Shown: positions 12,164 through 23,777, counted from the stretch's first letter. The stretch: 64,000 bases of DNA from Candidatus Bathyarchaeota archaeon (GCA_963833125.1 CAWHWX010000004.1:1-64000); one strand, 5' to 3'. The notes: generated by a model from the sequence alone, not told the origin. A program made the numbers and translations.

Positions 12164-13153
12164 ATGTCTCAGGTCAATGTTGGTATAGTTGGTTTAGGCG
12201 CACAAGCGCAGAACCACTTACTCGTGCTTTCACACGACAGCAGAGTTCGGCTGGCCGGTGTCGCCGACCTCCTGAGTCCGGTCGCGGAATCAACAGCCAA
12301 GAAATACGGATGTAAAAGCTACAGAACATATCAGGAACTGATCGACTCAGAGAAACTGGACGCCGTTTACGTTGTAACACCCAACGTCTTCCACTTTGAA
12401 GCCTTGAAATATGCCCTGTCGAAAGGGCTAAACATTTTCTGCGAGAAACCCATGGTCATCAAGCTGAACCACGCCGCCGAACTAGTCAATCTAGTAAAGT
12501 CCACCGGCGTAACCTTTCAGGTAGGACACAACCGCCGATTCGCATTGGTATACAAGAAAACGAAACACCTCCTCACCTCTGGAAAGATCAAGCCGTACAT
12601 GGTCATCATGAAGATGGTTACAGGGGAATTACAGCGCCCAGCCTGGGGTGCAGACTCGAAAATTTCAGGCGGCCACCTTTACGACACGACACTACACATG
12701 CTCGACATGGCACGATGGCTTTTCGGAGAAGTGAAAGAGGTCAATTGTCGGGCCGAAGCAAATGTGTACCCCAACATCCTCAACGATTTCTGGATCAACC
12801 TAACCCATAACTCAGGACTTCAAGTACCAATATTCACGTCGGGACACGCATCATGGATAGTCCCCTTCGAAAGAGTCGAAGTAATCGGTGACCACGCAAC
12901 TATCATCACCGAGGAGATGAACAGAGTCAGCTACACTCTCAGCTTGGATACACCGACAGAAGTAGAAGAGTTCCATTACTTACCCCAAACGCTGAGCTGG
13001 GGCGTTGAAGAAGAAGACAAACTCTTCATCGACGCCATCGTTGGGAAACAAAAACCCCCGGTGACGGTTGATGATGGATACAAGATTGTTGAAATAATCG
13101 AGGCCTGTTACCGCTCAGCCGAATCCCGAAAACCCATCTCACTCCCACTCTAA
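12164..13153 (+). CDS. Gfo/Idh/MocA oxidoreductase (inositol dehydrogenase-like)
   Basis: VGIVGLG, FCEKP, VGHNRRF, GGHLYDTTLHMLD. Confidence 0.9.
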   Translation: MSQVNVGIVGLGAQAQNHLLVLSHDSRVRLAGVADLLSPVAESTAKKYGCKSYRTYQELIDSEKLDAVYVVTPNVFHFEALKYALSKGLNIFCEKPMVIKLNHAAELVNLVKSTGVTFQVGHNRRFALVYKKTKHLLTSGKIKPYMVIMKMVTGELQRPAWGADSKISGGHLYDTTLHMLDMARWLFGEVKEVNCRAEANVYPNILNDFWINLTHNSGLQVPIFTSGHASWIVPFERVEVIGDHATIITEEMNRVSYTLSLDTPTEVEEFHYLPQTLSWGVEEEDKLFIDAIVGKQKPPVTVDDGYKIVEIIEACYRSAESRKPISLPL

Positions 13154-13166
13154 GGATTGAGAAACC

Positions 13167-13982
13167 TTGGAACCCTGCATCAACCAAGACACACTCAGGA
13201 CAACCCCTACCGAGGAATTCCTCGAAATCTCAAGCCACTCGGGATTCGATGCGGTAGAATTTACAATGGATAAAATTGAGGCAATTCTACAGAAAAAAAG
13301 TCTACAAGAAACTAATGCCTCAGTCCGCCGAAAGGGGCTCTCAGTCGCGAGCATCAACGGTCCGGAGAATTTCAACCTGCTCGACGATCGGGAGTTCACG
13401 GAACTTCTCGAGCGTACAGATAAGATTGTGGAAGCGGCTGGAGAACTTGATTGCCAACTGCTCATCCCGGTTCCCTCACCTACGAAGGAAGGAATGACTC
13501 AGGAAACTTCGATAGCTCAAACTGCCGCGGCCCTCTCAACGATGACTGCACGTTACGGATCTCGGATCAGGTTAGGGCTGGAGTTTCTCGGCATGAGGGA
13601 CTGTAGCATAAATAATCTTCAAGCAGCTATGGAAACGATAAAGCGCGTGGATAGGCCAAATGTTGGCCTTGTACTGGATTCCTTCCATATGTATCTTAGC
13701 GACTCCAGATTCTCCGATATCAGTCAATTGGAGGCTAAACAGGTCTTTCTGGTCCACGTTAACGACTCTGAACAGGGCGACAAGAGGACACTCACGGATG
13801 CCAACCGCCTTTATCCAGGTGAGGGAGAGATCGATTTGAAGGCGTTTGCCTTGGCTTTGAGTGGGATTGGTTATGACCACTACCTGAGTCTAGAATTACT
13901 TCGACCAGTCTACTGGCAGCAGAACCCCGTGGAAGTAGCCGCAAAAGGTCGCGATTCTCTGAATCGCGTATTTGGAATATGA
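13167..13982 (+). CDS. Sugar-phosphate isomerase/epimerase TIM barrel (IolI-like)
   Basis: GLEFLG, LDSFH, VHVND, RLYPGEG, SLELL metal-binding pattern. Confidence 0.85.
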   Translation: MEPCINQDTLRTTPTEEFLEISSHSGFDAVEFTMDKIEAILQKKSLQETNASVRRKGLSVASINGPENFNLLDDREFTELLERTDKIVEAAGELDCQLLIPVPSPTKEGMTQETSIAQTAAALSTMTARYGSRIRLGLEFLGMRDCSINNLQAAMETIKRVDRPNVGLVLDSFHMYLSDSRFSDISQLEAKQVFLVHVNDSEQGDKRTLTDANRLYPGEGEIDLKAFALALSGIGYDHYLSLELLRPVYWQQNPVEVAAKGRDSLNRVFGI

Positions 13983-14091
13983 AAGATGATTTAGTTTCCG
14001 CTGAGCCCCTAGACTAGTTCGTTGGGCTTCTGCGGCCGTTTCTTCAGAAAACTAGATTATCTAATCAGCACACCAAGGAGCGTGAAGATCC

Positions 14092-14682
14092 TTGGAAAAG
14101 TCTAGCGTTTTGGATTTTCTGTTGGCGATTAGGTCGCTTATGGCTATTGGTCGGTTTAGTGTCTACAAATGTCATTTCCGCGAAGATGTTGCGCAGCATT
14201 CCTACTACACGGCCCTGTACGCCATGGTCCTCGCGGACCTAGAACGAGGGCAGGGTGTGAGGGTTGATTGTGAGCGGTTGTTGAGGATGGCGTTGTTGCA
14301 CGATGCGGAGGAAGCGAGGACAGGGGATATTCACCACCCCTTCAAACATCAGGATCCCATTTTTGCTGAAACTTTGGATTCGCGAGGCTTAGAATGGTTC
14401 GGCAAGTTGCTTGGCGGTTTACCCGAGGGCTTGGTTGGTGAATATGTGGGGCTACGAAAAGCAGTTAGGGAGACGGCTTCGATGGAGGCAACAATTCTGA
14501 AAGCGTCAGATAAAATCGAAGCACTCCTCTGGGCATACGAGGAATACCTGATGGGAAACGTGCAAGTCCGCAAGGCACTGATAGTCGAGGACATTCTTCA
14601 AAAACTCGACCAAATCCAACTGACCACCGTCAAAGCATTGGTGAGGGAAATCCGTGCAAGGCTTCAACAAACAGACCCGTAA
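14092..14682 (+). CDS. HD-domain phosphohydrolase (YfbR-like 5'-deoxynucleotidase)
   Basis: EDVAQHS, ALLHDAEEARTGDI, SDKIEA. Confidence 0.85.
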   Translation: MEKSSVLDFLLAIRSLMAIGRFSVYKCHFREDVAQHSYYTALYAMVLADLERGQGVRVDCERLLRMALLHDAEEARTGDIHHPFKHQDPIFAETLDSRGLEWFGKLLGGLPEGLVGEYVGLRKAVRETASMEATILKASDKIEALLWAYEEYLMGNVQVRKALIVEDILQKLDQIQLTTVKALVREIRARLQQTDP

Positions 14683-14809
14683 TAGACGAAGCGACTCTCT
14701 TCAACGCTAGTATTCTTCAGAATAGTTGTAACACGACTGAGTGCTGGCATAGAATTCATCTGGGATTAGAGAATCCTATTTTAGACCCCTGAGGCTTACT
14801 GTCAACTCT

Positions 14810-15184
14810 ATGGGATTTCATTACGAGCGTGCGCCGGACGTTACAGAACTCTTGCTGAGGATTGTTGACAAGTTAGAGTTCACGCATGTGCCGAGAAATC
14901 GGGTTTACTGTTACCGGAGTTATGGGTCGAAGGCGACCAACACCATAGCCCGCGTTCACTCCTTACCTAAGATTTGGCAGCAGGCTCTGAGCGAACCGGC
15001 TTATTATGCGGTTGAGGTTTTGTCGGAACAGTACGATTCACTTCCCCATGACGAGAAGGAGAAAACCTTGATCCATGAACTCCTACACATACCGAAGAGT
15101 TTTGGCGGCGGCTTCAGGCACCACAAAGACTACGTAACCCGCCGACGAGTGGAAGAGCTCCATAGAGCGTTAAGGAATAGCTAA
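14810..15184 (+). CDS. Putative Zn metallopeptidase (HExxH), conserved archaeal type
   Basis: TLIHELLHIP and GGFRHH motifs. Confidence 0.75.
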   Translation: MGFHYERAPDVTELLLRIVDKLEFTHVPRNRVYCYRSYGSKATNTIARVHSLPKIWQQALSEPAYYAVEVLSEQYDSLPHDEKEKTLIHELLHIPKSFGGGFRHHKDYVTRRRVEELHRALRNS

Positions 15185-15934
15185 CTTACTGCTTCCTTTC
15201 CCCGGCGTTTCTTGAAGCTTGCCCGCCACGCAAGCCATGCAATGACCAAGATTATGGTAGCGTAGACGGCGATGTTGATGTATGTGAAAGTTGCAACGAT
15301 TTTTCCCCAAGACGACCCTAGCCACAAGCCCAAGTAGACTAGGGTAATGTTCCAGGGCAAACATCCAATCAGCGTGCAGAGGGCAAATTTCCACTTAGCC
15401 ATTCGGCAGGCTCCAGCTGGAAACGAGATCAACACCCGCGCTCCTGGAACAACCGCGGAGGCCCGCCACCGCAATCGCCCCATAGGAATCAAACCACGCC
15501 TGGAATCTCCGAAGATGCTTGGTGTTGAGGAGTGGGATTTGGATTTGGCCGGTGATGAGGGGGCTTCCAAGTTTCCAGCCCAAGAAGTAATCGATGAACG
15601 AGCCTATGAGCGCGGCGATGGTGCTGTATAGGACTACGGGCCAAAACTGTAACACGCCCCGCGAGACGAGGTACCCTGCGAGGGGTAGGATGATTTCGCT
15701 TGGAACTGGAAACGCCGCAGCTTCAAGCAACATCAAAGAAAAAATTCCCAAATAACCTGCCCCCGAGACTACCTGGATTACGTGGGTTGGGAGGTTGGTG
15801 ATCAGAGGTATGAGACCCTCCAAACCATGCGGCCCTCCAGTTTCTGTGAGGTCCTCGAGGTAGTTCAGGGCGATGAAAACGACTGGAAAAATCAACACCA
15901 ACTCGACCAGCAGGTTCCGAACCCAGCGTTTCAT
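15181..15934 (-). CDS. DedA/VTT family membrane protein; frameshift near 15470
   Basis: PVPSEIILPLAGYL in ORF 15395-15934; VPGARVLISFPAG in ORF 15181-15570. Confidence 0.85.
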
Positions 15935-16001
15935 CTAGTAAACCTCGGACCGAGCGAAATGGAATCCGGGGACCGAGAAAAACAGTTTGATTAAACGGTA
16001 A

Positions 16002-17996
16002 TCAAATGAAAACGTGCGACCTTTTCAATCGTCGAACTTTTCGGCGCAGACCTGTGACTAAAGCTAAGGCGGTTATGATTGAAGTCCACAATCAGGAGTT
16101 GGGGTTGAGGAGTTTCTGGGATGGGAGTCATGTTCGGGGCTTGGAGAACGGTTCCTTGGCTTCCGGGCGCAGCGGGTGCGCCGACGACGAAACCAAACCC
16201 GTTGTTGAGGAGGTAGATTGAGTTTAGGTTCGGGTTACCGGAAAGGGGCGGGCTGGGTGTGTACTGGTTCCAGCTGAACCCGGTCCATTGGAGAATTGTG
16301 GCGGAGTCGCCGACCGCCCAAGCCTGCTGACCAGTTACTTGAACGACCCCGTTCAGGTTTGTAGAAACGGGGCCGGCAACACTCAACCATATCGAGCCAT
16401 CGAAATGAAGAATGGTTCCACTCGCGCCCACAGCCCAACCGTGCGACGAGTCGAGGAGAAAGATTGAGTTGAGTTGGTTAGTGGTCGGGCTGGGATAAGT
16501 TATCCATTGCCCACTCACGCCCTGATAGCGCAGGATAGTTCCGGCATCACCCACCGCCCAACCATCCGACCCCCCAACCATGAAGACACTTCGCAGATTG
16601 TTTGTAGTAGGCGAGGTTACTACACCCCATGAACTCCCAGAATAATGTAAGATCGCTCCATGATCTCCAACCGCCCATCCGTTCCCGGAATCGATCATGA
16701 ACACGGACCTGAGAACACCGCCGGTTGGTGGGGCGGGGACTTGGGTCCAACTTCCGCCTGTGTAGTGTAGGATTACTGGTGTGGTTCCGATTCCGCCCAC
16801 CGCCCAACCCTCGGACGGGTTGAGCATGTAGACTGAGAACAGGTCGGAGGTGATGGCGGAGGAGGTTCCGCGTGTGAAGGAATTTCCATTCCAATGTAGG
16901 AGTACGGGTTCACCCGCCCCTGATCCACAGCCTCCCGTAGAACAACCAACAATCCACCCGTCCCCCGAATTGGAGAGGTATACTGACTCGAAGGTTGCTG
17001 AGGGTATGCCCTGCGGGGTTTGGCTGGTTAATGAGATGAGGGTTCCAGCGTTTCCAACCGCCCAACCGCTCGAACCCGCGAACGATAAGGAATTCAGATC
17101 TTGGGTTGTTCCTGAAAGGCTCGGTAACAGCGTCCACGCGCCGCCGGAGTATTGGAGAATTGTGCCACCTGCGCCAACCGCCCATCCATCTGTCGGCGTC
17201 AGTCATGAAGACAGAGTTGAGGTTCTGGTTGGTTGGGGCGGGGGATATTGGGCCGGTCCACGTGCCCGACACGTAATGGTAGATAACCCCACCCGACCCC
17301 ACAGCCCAACCCTCGTTTTGGCTAACAAAGAATACTGAATTGAGAGTCTGAGCGACGCTCGTGTACAAAGTCCAGCCGCCGCCAGTGTAACGGTAAATTA
17401 CTCCACCCGAACCTACCGCCCAACCATCCGTCGGCCCCGTCATGAAAACAGAATTAAGCCCAACTGCCGCCGACCCAACCATATTCCAACCCCCACCCAA
17501 GCCCGCCTGACCCGACCAATGCCAGAACCCACCAGTAACCCCATCCACAGCCCAGGCATCCGTCGAACTCAACTCGAAGACTGAGGAAAGCCTCTGAGCA
17601 CCAGAAAGCCCGCTAGTAATTTGAAACCAGGACACGCCACCCCAATAAAGCGCCACCGCCGTCCCGCCGCTTCCACCAACCGCAAACCCCGCCCCCGGGT
17701 TAGGATTTGAGGGTGGACCGAAGGAGACCGAGAAAAGGTCTGAGGTTGTTCCCGACGCGATCAAAGTCCAAGAGGAACCGTGGAAAATGTTGAATTGTAC
17801 CCGCCGCCCCAACCGCCCAACCCTCACTCCCACTAACCAACGCAACCCCGTTCAGATTATCCGTCGTCGACGCAGACGGCGCAAGCGCATTCGCGGAGCT
17901 GAAAAGAAGCATGGCTAGGAGAAGGCTGAGCACTAAGAGTAGTGGTGGAGTGGGTCGCATCTTCAAACCCGGCACCCTACTCCGCCACTCGAACAT
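16002..17996 (-). CDS. Secreted beta-propeller repeat protein (GWAVG / YCF48-BNR-like repeats) with IPE-TM-basic C-terminal tail; several frameshifts
   Basis: Signal peptide in ORF 17700-17996; more than 10 repeats of LxSVF...GWAVG..GTIL; tail TPIPET...TSIITALALVTGLRRKVRR in a shifted frame ending at TGA 16002. Confidence 0.75.
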
Positions 17997-18236
17997 ATAC
18001 TCTTAGCATTTTCGCAAGTAGAAACATTTCATCTAAGCGCCTCAAGAATTCACCGAGTCAAGTTGCCTAACGAACGAAACGGGACGATGCTCGATTTGCG
18101 AGGACGCGAGTGGGTTAGGTTAGTTGTAGGAATGGTTGCCGTTCATTATGCGCTGTTTAGCTGCTGTTTTATATAGCGATGGGCACCGCTGTAATTTGGT
18201 TGAGGGTGTTTTGCGAACTGCGGGCCGTCCGAAGCG

Positions 18237-19155
18237 TTGTTCTCGCTCTACTTCATTATGAGCATAGCTTTACTCTATCTGCTTCCGCCCGAACCCGTCA
18301 AGGCGACTTCGCCAATCATCCTTGATCATTCAGCCAGCACAAACTGCGCTTACCCGTCATGTTCAGCTAACCACCCCCACGAAACTTACGTGGTCACACT
18401 CGGTTGGGTCCGGGAGCAACGGGATTCTCATCGTCGGCATCTCGTACGATTACTACGAAGAACCCGGTAACCCCCACTCGTGACCAGCGTAACATATGGC
18501 GCTTGTCGTCATTGCCTCCTTGACCCTTATCCCAGGGGCAGCGCACGTAGAACCCACGTGGTGACCATGTGGAGTTGTGGGCGCTTCAAAACCCTGCAAC
18601 CGGAACGGCGACGGTCACGGTCACATTCGCTAGCCCTGGCTATCCGAACGTCCTTCTTTTGGGGTGGGGGGCTCTGTCATCCTACTTCAACGTGGCTAGC
18701 ACGGGAACCCGGTCGGAAACATGTCAAACGGTTTTGCATCGGGACTATCGGCTTCGAACTCTGTGGCCACAGCGCGAATGATATGGTTGTGGACACAATA
18801 GTTTTTTGTGATTGTACTGGTTCCGCTTCATACCGCTACGTTACGGTGAGCGGATCGGGGCAAACGCGCACTGGAACCAGGTTCGCTGATGCCAGTCCGG
18901 CGATATCGGTGCGGGTGGTGGAAGTGATCAGCCCGCTTCCGGCTCATCGGTAACCATGTCTTGGTAGCCTCATCAGCCAGAGCCTGGGTCCAGCTCATTG
19001 GTCGTTGATTGCCGTCCCGCTCATCACCAACCGCGACAACAACCACTACAACTGCTCCACCTATCCCAGAGTACCCACTCGGGCTACCAATCCTAGCACT
19101 CCTCATGATAATCGGATACGGGGTAGTCAGACGCAAAGGAGAACACGAAGCCTAA
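18237..19155 (+). CDS. Secreted/surface protein with Thr linker and PEF-CTERM-like tail; heavily frameshifted
   Basis: Signal-like start; beta-rich fragments in alternating frames (VELWALQNPATGTATVTVTF); C-terminus TTTTTAPPIPEYPLGLPILALLMIIGYGVVRRKGEHEA* read directly from ~19040-19155. Confidence 0.65.
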
Positions 19156-19580
19156 CCATAACATCCGACTGAACGCTAACATCAAGAGCCTGAGCAATGC
19201 TCTGGGCTCATCGTCTGCTTTCCATCAGACTGGAATCTTGAGTACCGATCCGTTAGCCGTATCGCCTCATTTTGAGGCTTCTCAAGTATAAGCCAGCCTC
19301 TCTGAAAACACCGCTGAAGCTCTCTCTCAGGCGTTCTACGTCTTATATGGTCCGAGGGTTCCACCCCGTATTCAGCGGAATTTAAGCGAAAATACGCTTC
19401 TCTAAGCCGCTAATGAGCTGCTCAAACATGTGAAATTCAAGCCCACGCCGCCCTCAGGGTGGGCATGTGCAAGTGTCCAATCGAAAAATTGGCTCCAGGG
19501 CGGGTGAGGGTAACGAAGCCGTTACACGAAGACCGTGTTGGCTCCGAATCTAGGTCGCTTGATTGCGTGGAGGTGATTTG

Positions 19581-19829
19581 ATGGCTAGAGAGAGTATGCT
19601 TACACAGAAGTCGATTATGGCAGACGACACGCTCTCGTTGCTCACCGGTCAACCAAAAGGAGCTCTACTGAGCTACACCGAACTAACCAAGAGTATGCAC
19701 CAATACATCCGGTCCAAAGGACTACGACTCAAACCATGTCCAAACTGCCAAACAAAAGTCCCCGGATACGCGACCTTCTGTGATAAATGTGGCAAAGACA
19801 TAGCACCCGTACCCGTAGCAGCAAAGTAA
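19581..19829 (+). CDS. Small SWIB/MDM2-like domain plus C4 zinc-ribbon protein
   Basis: Strong SD GGAGGTGA before ATG 19581; LSYTELTKSMHQYIRSKGL; CPNC-x10-CDKC. Confidence 0.7.
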   Translation: MARESMLTQKSIMADDTLSLLTGQPKGALLSYTELTKSMHQYIRSKGLRLKPCPNCQTKVPGYATFCDKCGKDIAPVPVAAK

Positions 19830-19912
19830 CACCACATCGCCACATCATCTTTTTTTCCTCTTTTTGTTTAGATTCTTCCCGCGGCTACCACCCTCGTATT
19901 GAGGCAGTTTCC

Positions 19913-22439
19913 TCAGCCGTGTGTGGTTGTCAGGGTTTTCAACGGAATGGCTTCGATTTTTCTGTAGACCCTCTCGGGCTCGTCGGGCTGTGTGCCAGTT
20001 CTCAGTAGATCCTCCACCTTGACTCCGAACAGTTCTTGATTCTCCAATAGGTAGGGAAGGATCAGTTGCCAATCTTCTTGATTCATTTTGCCCAGTTGTC
20101 CTCCGTTGAGCTGATCAACGCCCACCTTACCGGCGGGATCTCGGATGTAGACCGCGCCTCCTGAGGCTAGCGAGAAGAGGTTGCCGCCTGGATACGGAGC
20201 CTCAAGCTCATGAATCCCACCCCCACTAAACCCTAATTCCGTTAACCACAACGAACCCGCCCCCGTTCAACGGGTCACCGGCCATGAAAGATTCGGCTAG
20301 GTAGTCTAAGCATGTGCCGTTGATGACGACTCTAGGCCGACCGACCGCGTTGATGAGCGGACGACCCGCAGCGTTACCGAGCACATACACCTCACCGCCT
20401 TTCGCAGCGTACATGAACGTCTGCCCAACATCTCCGTAGATCACGAGCTTGCCACTCTTCATTATCTGAGCCACTTGATCTTGGGCGGCAGAGTGAACAT
20501 AGATTTCCGCGCCATCAAGCCCAGACCCCAAGTAGTCCCCAGGGTTTCCGAACACATCCAACCTGAAACCTTCGCTTTGCGCACCCAACCCGGCACCGCA
20601 AAACCTCTGCCCACGCCAATCAAAAGAAACTACGTGCTTCCACCCAAGCTTGTAGGCTGCAACAACAGCAGATGATGCCGAGTCATCACCCTCAGCAGCG
20701 AAATCCGACACATCCAACAGCAAAACCTCCTCCCCAGGCCGTGGCGCCCTAAACTCTGACTTCACCGCGTAATTCGCCAATACCCAGCCTGAACTATCCG
20801 CCGCGGAAATGTTGGGGAAACCGCGAAGAACAGAGAACAAACTTGACTCAATCTTCGCCCGGATCCAGCCCTGCTGACCACTTGGGATTCCGTGTAGATT
20901 GTCCAGCAGCCAAGTCAAATAGTGAAATGAGTCAACTCTGTCATCCTCGCTTCTGTTTGCTTTCTCCTCTAAATTGTCCAACAGGCTCTCTAGCGTCCCC
21001 GTGTTCAGCTCATTTGACCTCAATTTTTCTGAGAGAGTCTGCGGCGTCAAGGTTTTGATGCGATCCAGAAAATTCCCGTGGGAATCTTTTGTGATTGAGA
21101 CTTCTCGGCCAAACTTGTCGAGACACTTGACGTTCGGGCTCCCTGTACTACGGTCTACGGTGAAACGGAAGGCGCCACCGTCCGTATAGCTGCCGCCGCG
21201 GGCGTTCCAGTATAGATCTGCCTTACCTGCAAATCGAGAATCTGCTGCAGCCAAGCTTCTTAGGCAGGCGTCGATTGCTTGGCGCTCAGACGCTATCAAC
21301 CCAATCTTCACCTCTCCGTCTTGGAGAGCGAATACTTGAGGCCGCAGCATCGACGTGTCAGTTATGCCCAGTAAGTGAAGTTGTTCGCCTCCGTTTTCGC
21401 TTCGGCCGACTATGAAAAACCACGGTCCGTCCGGGGATCCATGGATATGGGTGGTTTGTATTTCTCGGTAAATTCGTCTCTTCTCTTCGGGGAGCATGTA
21501 GAAGTCTCGTTCGGTGGTTGGTGCCATGGCCTCGATCAAGTATTCCATCGGGTACCCGTAGACTCGGCTCCAGAGGTCGAAGAGGTAGACGGCGACTTCC
21601 GTATCGGTTAGGAAGAGGGGGTAGATGTTTCGTTGTGCCAAGTACTCGGTGATTGAGTGGTAGTTTGAGAAATCGCCATTGTGAACCAAGGCCTCATGAA
21701 GCCCGACGAAGGGATGGGCGCCCCCTGGATGCCAGACCTTACCTTTGGTGGGATAACGGTGATGCCCTATCCACACGTGTGCCTCGAAATCTTCCAGCTT
21801 ATAGTAGCGAATGACTTGGTCGCCCCACCCGACAATCTTCAGCACCAACATGTCTTTCCCGTGTGAAAGAACGAATGCTTTCTTCTCGCCAAGAGACGCA
21901 TAGTATTTTTTGTTGAGCGCGTAACTGTTTTGATAGATGAACTCGTCCTCTGCTACCGTTCGGTCAGTTAACCCCGAACTCTGCATGAATTTCCCAAGAA
22001 CATCTTCCTTCACTCTGCAGAAGTATCGGCGCACGTCAGGCGGCTTAACCTCTAAACCCCGAATCGTTCTATAATCCTCAATCGTTTCCAGCCATGTCAC
22101 CGAGTCCACGTTCAGGTTTGGATAGATGAACTCGTCTTCCACCGCTTTGCTTGCGGAAGGGTCTAGGTAAGCAATCTGAATTAGGTAATCTTCTTGCAGG
22201 ATGCTTTTGGAGACTCCGAGTCGTTCTGGGGAAAGTCCGAGTGCCGCTATCCCTCCGCCCTTTCCGTTTCCACGGTTCTTCATCTGCAATAGCGCAGTGA
22301 GGAAGTGCTTTCCAGCGATTGGGACGGAGCATGCGGCTCCGACAACGCCGCAGCCTCCTTCTGCCTCAACCTTGCGGCCAAGGGTTAGGCCTTCTATCAA
22401 TTGCTTTCTGGAGGCTACGATTCTTAATGCCGTGTCCAT
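19913..22439 (-). CDS. Glutamate synthase-like subunit: class II glutamine amidotransferase fused to GXGXG domain; frameshift near 20240
   Basis: EGGCGVVG, HHRYPT, LVHNGDF, TDTE; GDYLGSGLDG and GNAAGRPLINAVG; C-terminal piece in ORF 19913-20251. Confidence 0.85.
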
Positions 22440-22445
22440 GGTGTC

Positions 22446-23777
22446 TCACCCGTAGACGAGTAGGTCGGTTCTTCCCCTGAGTTCTTTGATTGAACGTAGT
22501 CCGAGGCTTCCAAGGATCGTTCGCCATTGCTTAGCCCAGGAGGAGTACATGTTGATGATTCTCTGTGCGCCCCACTCGGTGGTTATGAATTGGCTTAGTT
22601 CAGGGTCGGTGGTGGTGATTCCAACCTGGCATCCTCTTCCGCGTTCGCAGTTTCCACATTGGGTGCACCCCACAGCGACAGCCTCCGCTGATCCAATGAC
22701 GCAACCATCTGCCCCAAGCGCAATGGCTTTGGCGACGTCGTATGCGGTTCTTATTCCTCCGCTGGCCATGACGACAATTTCATCTCTAACCCCTTCCCCG
22801 ACGAGATAGCGGTGGACTTTCGGGATCGCATATTCGATCGGCATCGCAATGTTCTTCTTCGCAATTTCGGGGGCCGCCCCGGTACCTCCATATCCGCCGT
22901 CGACGTGTAGAATGTTCGCGTTTGCGTAGTAGCTTCCGATGGCAACCATGTCCACGTCGACTGGGGTCGAGACTTTGACTGAGACTAAGCACTGTGGATT
23001 TACGGCCCTAATCCAATCCACATGCTTCCTATGGTCCTCAACCGAGTAAACGCTGTGAAACGGAAAGGGGGAGTAGAGGGAGGTGAAAGGCAACGATTCC
23101 CTCATATTCGCCACTTCGGATGTCACTTTGTCAGCAAGCAGGTGCCCGCCCAACCCCGGTTTCGCGCCTTGAGCATACTTGAACTCAACAATCCTCGCGG
23201 CCTGAATCGTGTCCTCGCGTACACCAAACATCCCGGTCGCGACCTGGGTGATCACGTTATCTTTGTACTCCAACAGTGGAGGCGGGTATCCACCCTCCCC
23301 CGTCGAAGTGAACGTGTCCAATCTTTTCGCAGCCAAGGCTCGAGAGAGCATGAAATTGAGGCTGATGGAGCCGAAGGACATTCCAGCTCCGTAGATCGGG
23401 ATTGGGATGGAGATCTTAGGGCCGTGATCTCGACGATTCAGGTCAATCGAGAGATCAAACTCGTGGTCCGGGAAGGCCGCCTCGGGGTGAATGTTCTTGA
23501 AGTCGAGTCGGTCGAAGCCACCGCCTGAGTTCCCTACTTTATACTCAAGTGATTCAGGCGGTTTGCCAGTTGTTGCCTGTTCGTATGTTGCGAAGATTAG
23601 TTCCGGCGTCCAACGTTTGTTACCGAATCCTCCCGATATGCCATAGTTGAGGCTGGGTAGAAGCTGTAATCCGCGGTGGAGTAGCTTCACGTGTTTCTCG
23701 ACGGATTCAGTTTCTACGTGTGATATCTCCGAATGCCTCCTTCTCAAGCTCTTCGTTGAACATTGCCCTGCCAACAT
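22446..23777 (-). CDS. FMN-binding glutamate synthase subunit (GltB2-like); start uncertain
   Basis: MSFGSIS, TGEGG, QVATGMFGV, AQGAKPGLGGHL, DGGYGGTGAA, CTQCGNC...CQVGI cluster motif. Confidence 0.9.
   Translation of the reverse strand: MLAGQCSTKSLRRRHSEISHVETESVEKHVKLLHRGLQLLPSLNYGISGGFGNKRWTPELIFATYEQATTGKPPESLEYKVGNSGGGFDRLDFKNIHPEAAFPDHEFDLSIDLNRRDHGPKISIPIPIYGAGMSFGSISLNFMLSRALAAKRLDTFTSTGEGGYPPPLLEYKDNVITQVATGMFGVREDTIQAARIVEFKYAQGAKPGLGGHLLADKVTSEVANMRESLPFTSLYSPFPFHSVYSVEDHRKHVDWIRAVNPQCLVSVKVSTPVDVDMVAIGSYYANANILHVDGGYGGTGAAPEIAKKNIAMPIEYAIPKVHRYLVGEGVRDEIVVMASGGIRTAYDVAKAIALGADGCVIGSAEAVAVGCTQCGNCERGRGCQVGITTTDPELSQFITTEWGAQRIINMYSSWAKQWRTILGSLGLRSIKELRGRTDLLVYG

Noticed and set aside
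18065-18120. attC-like ends gcctaac ... gttaggt
   Set aside because: No complementary L boxes inside, no array of similar sites and no integron integrase.
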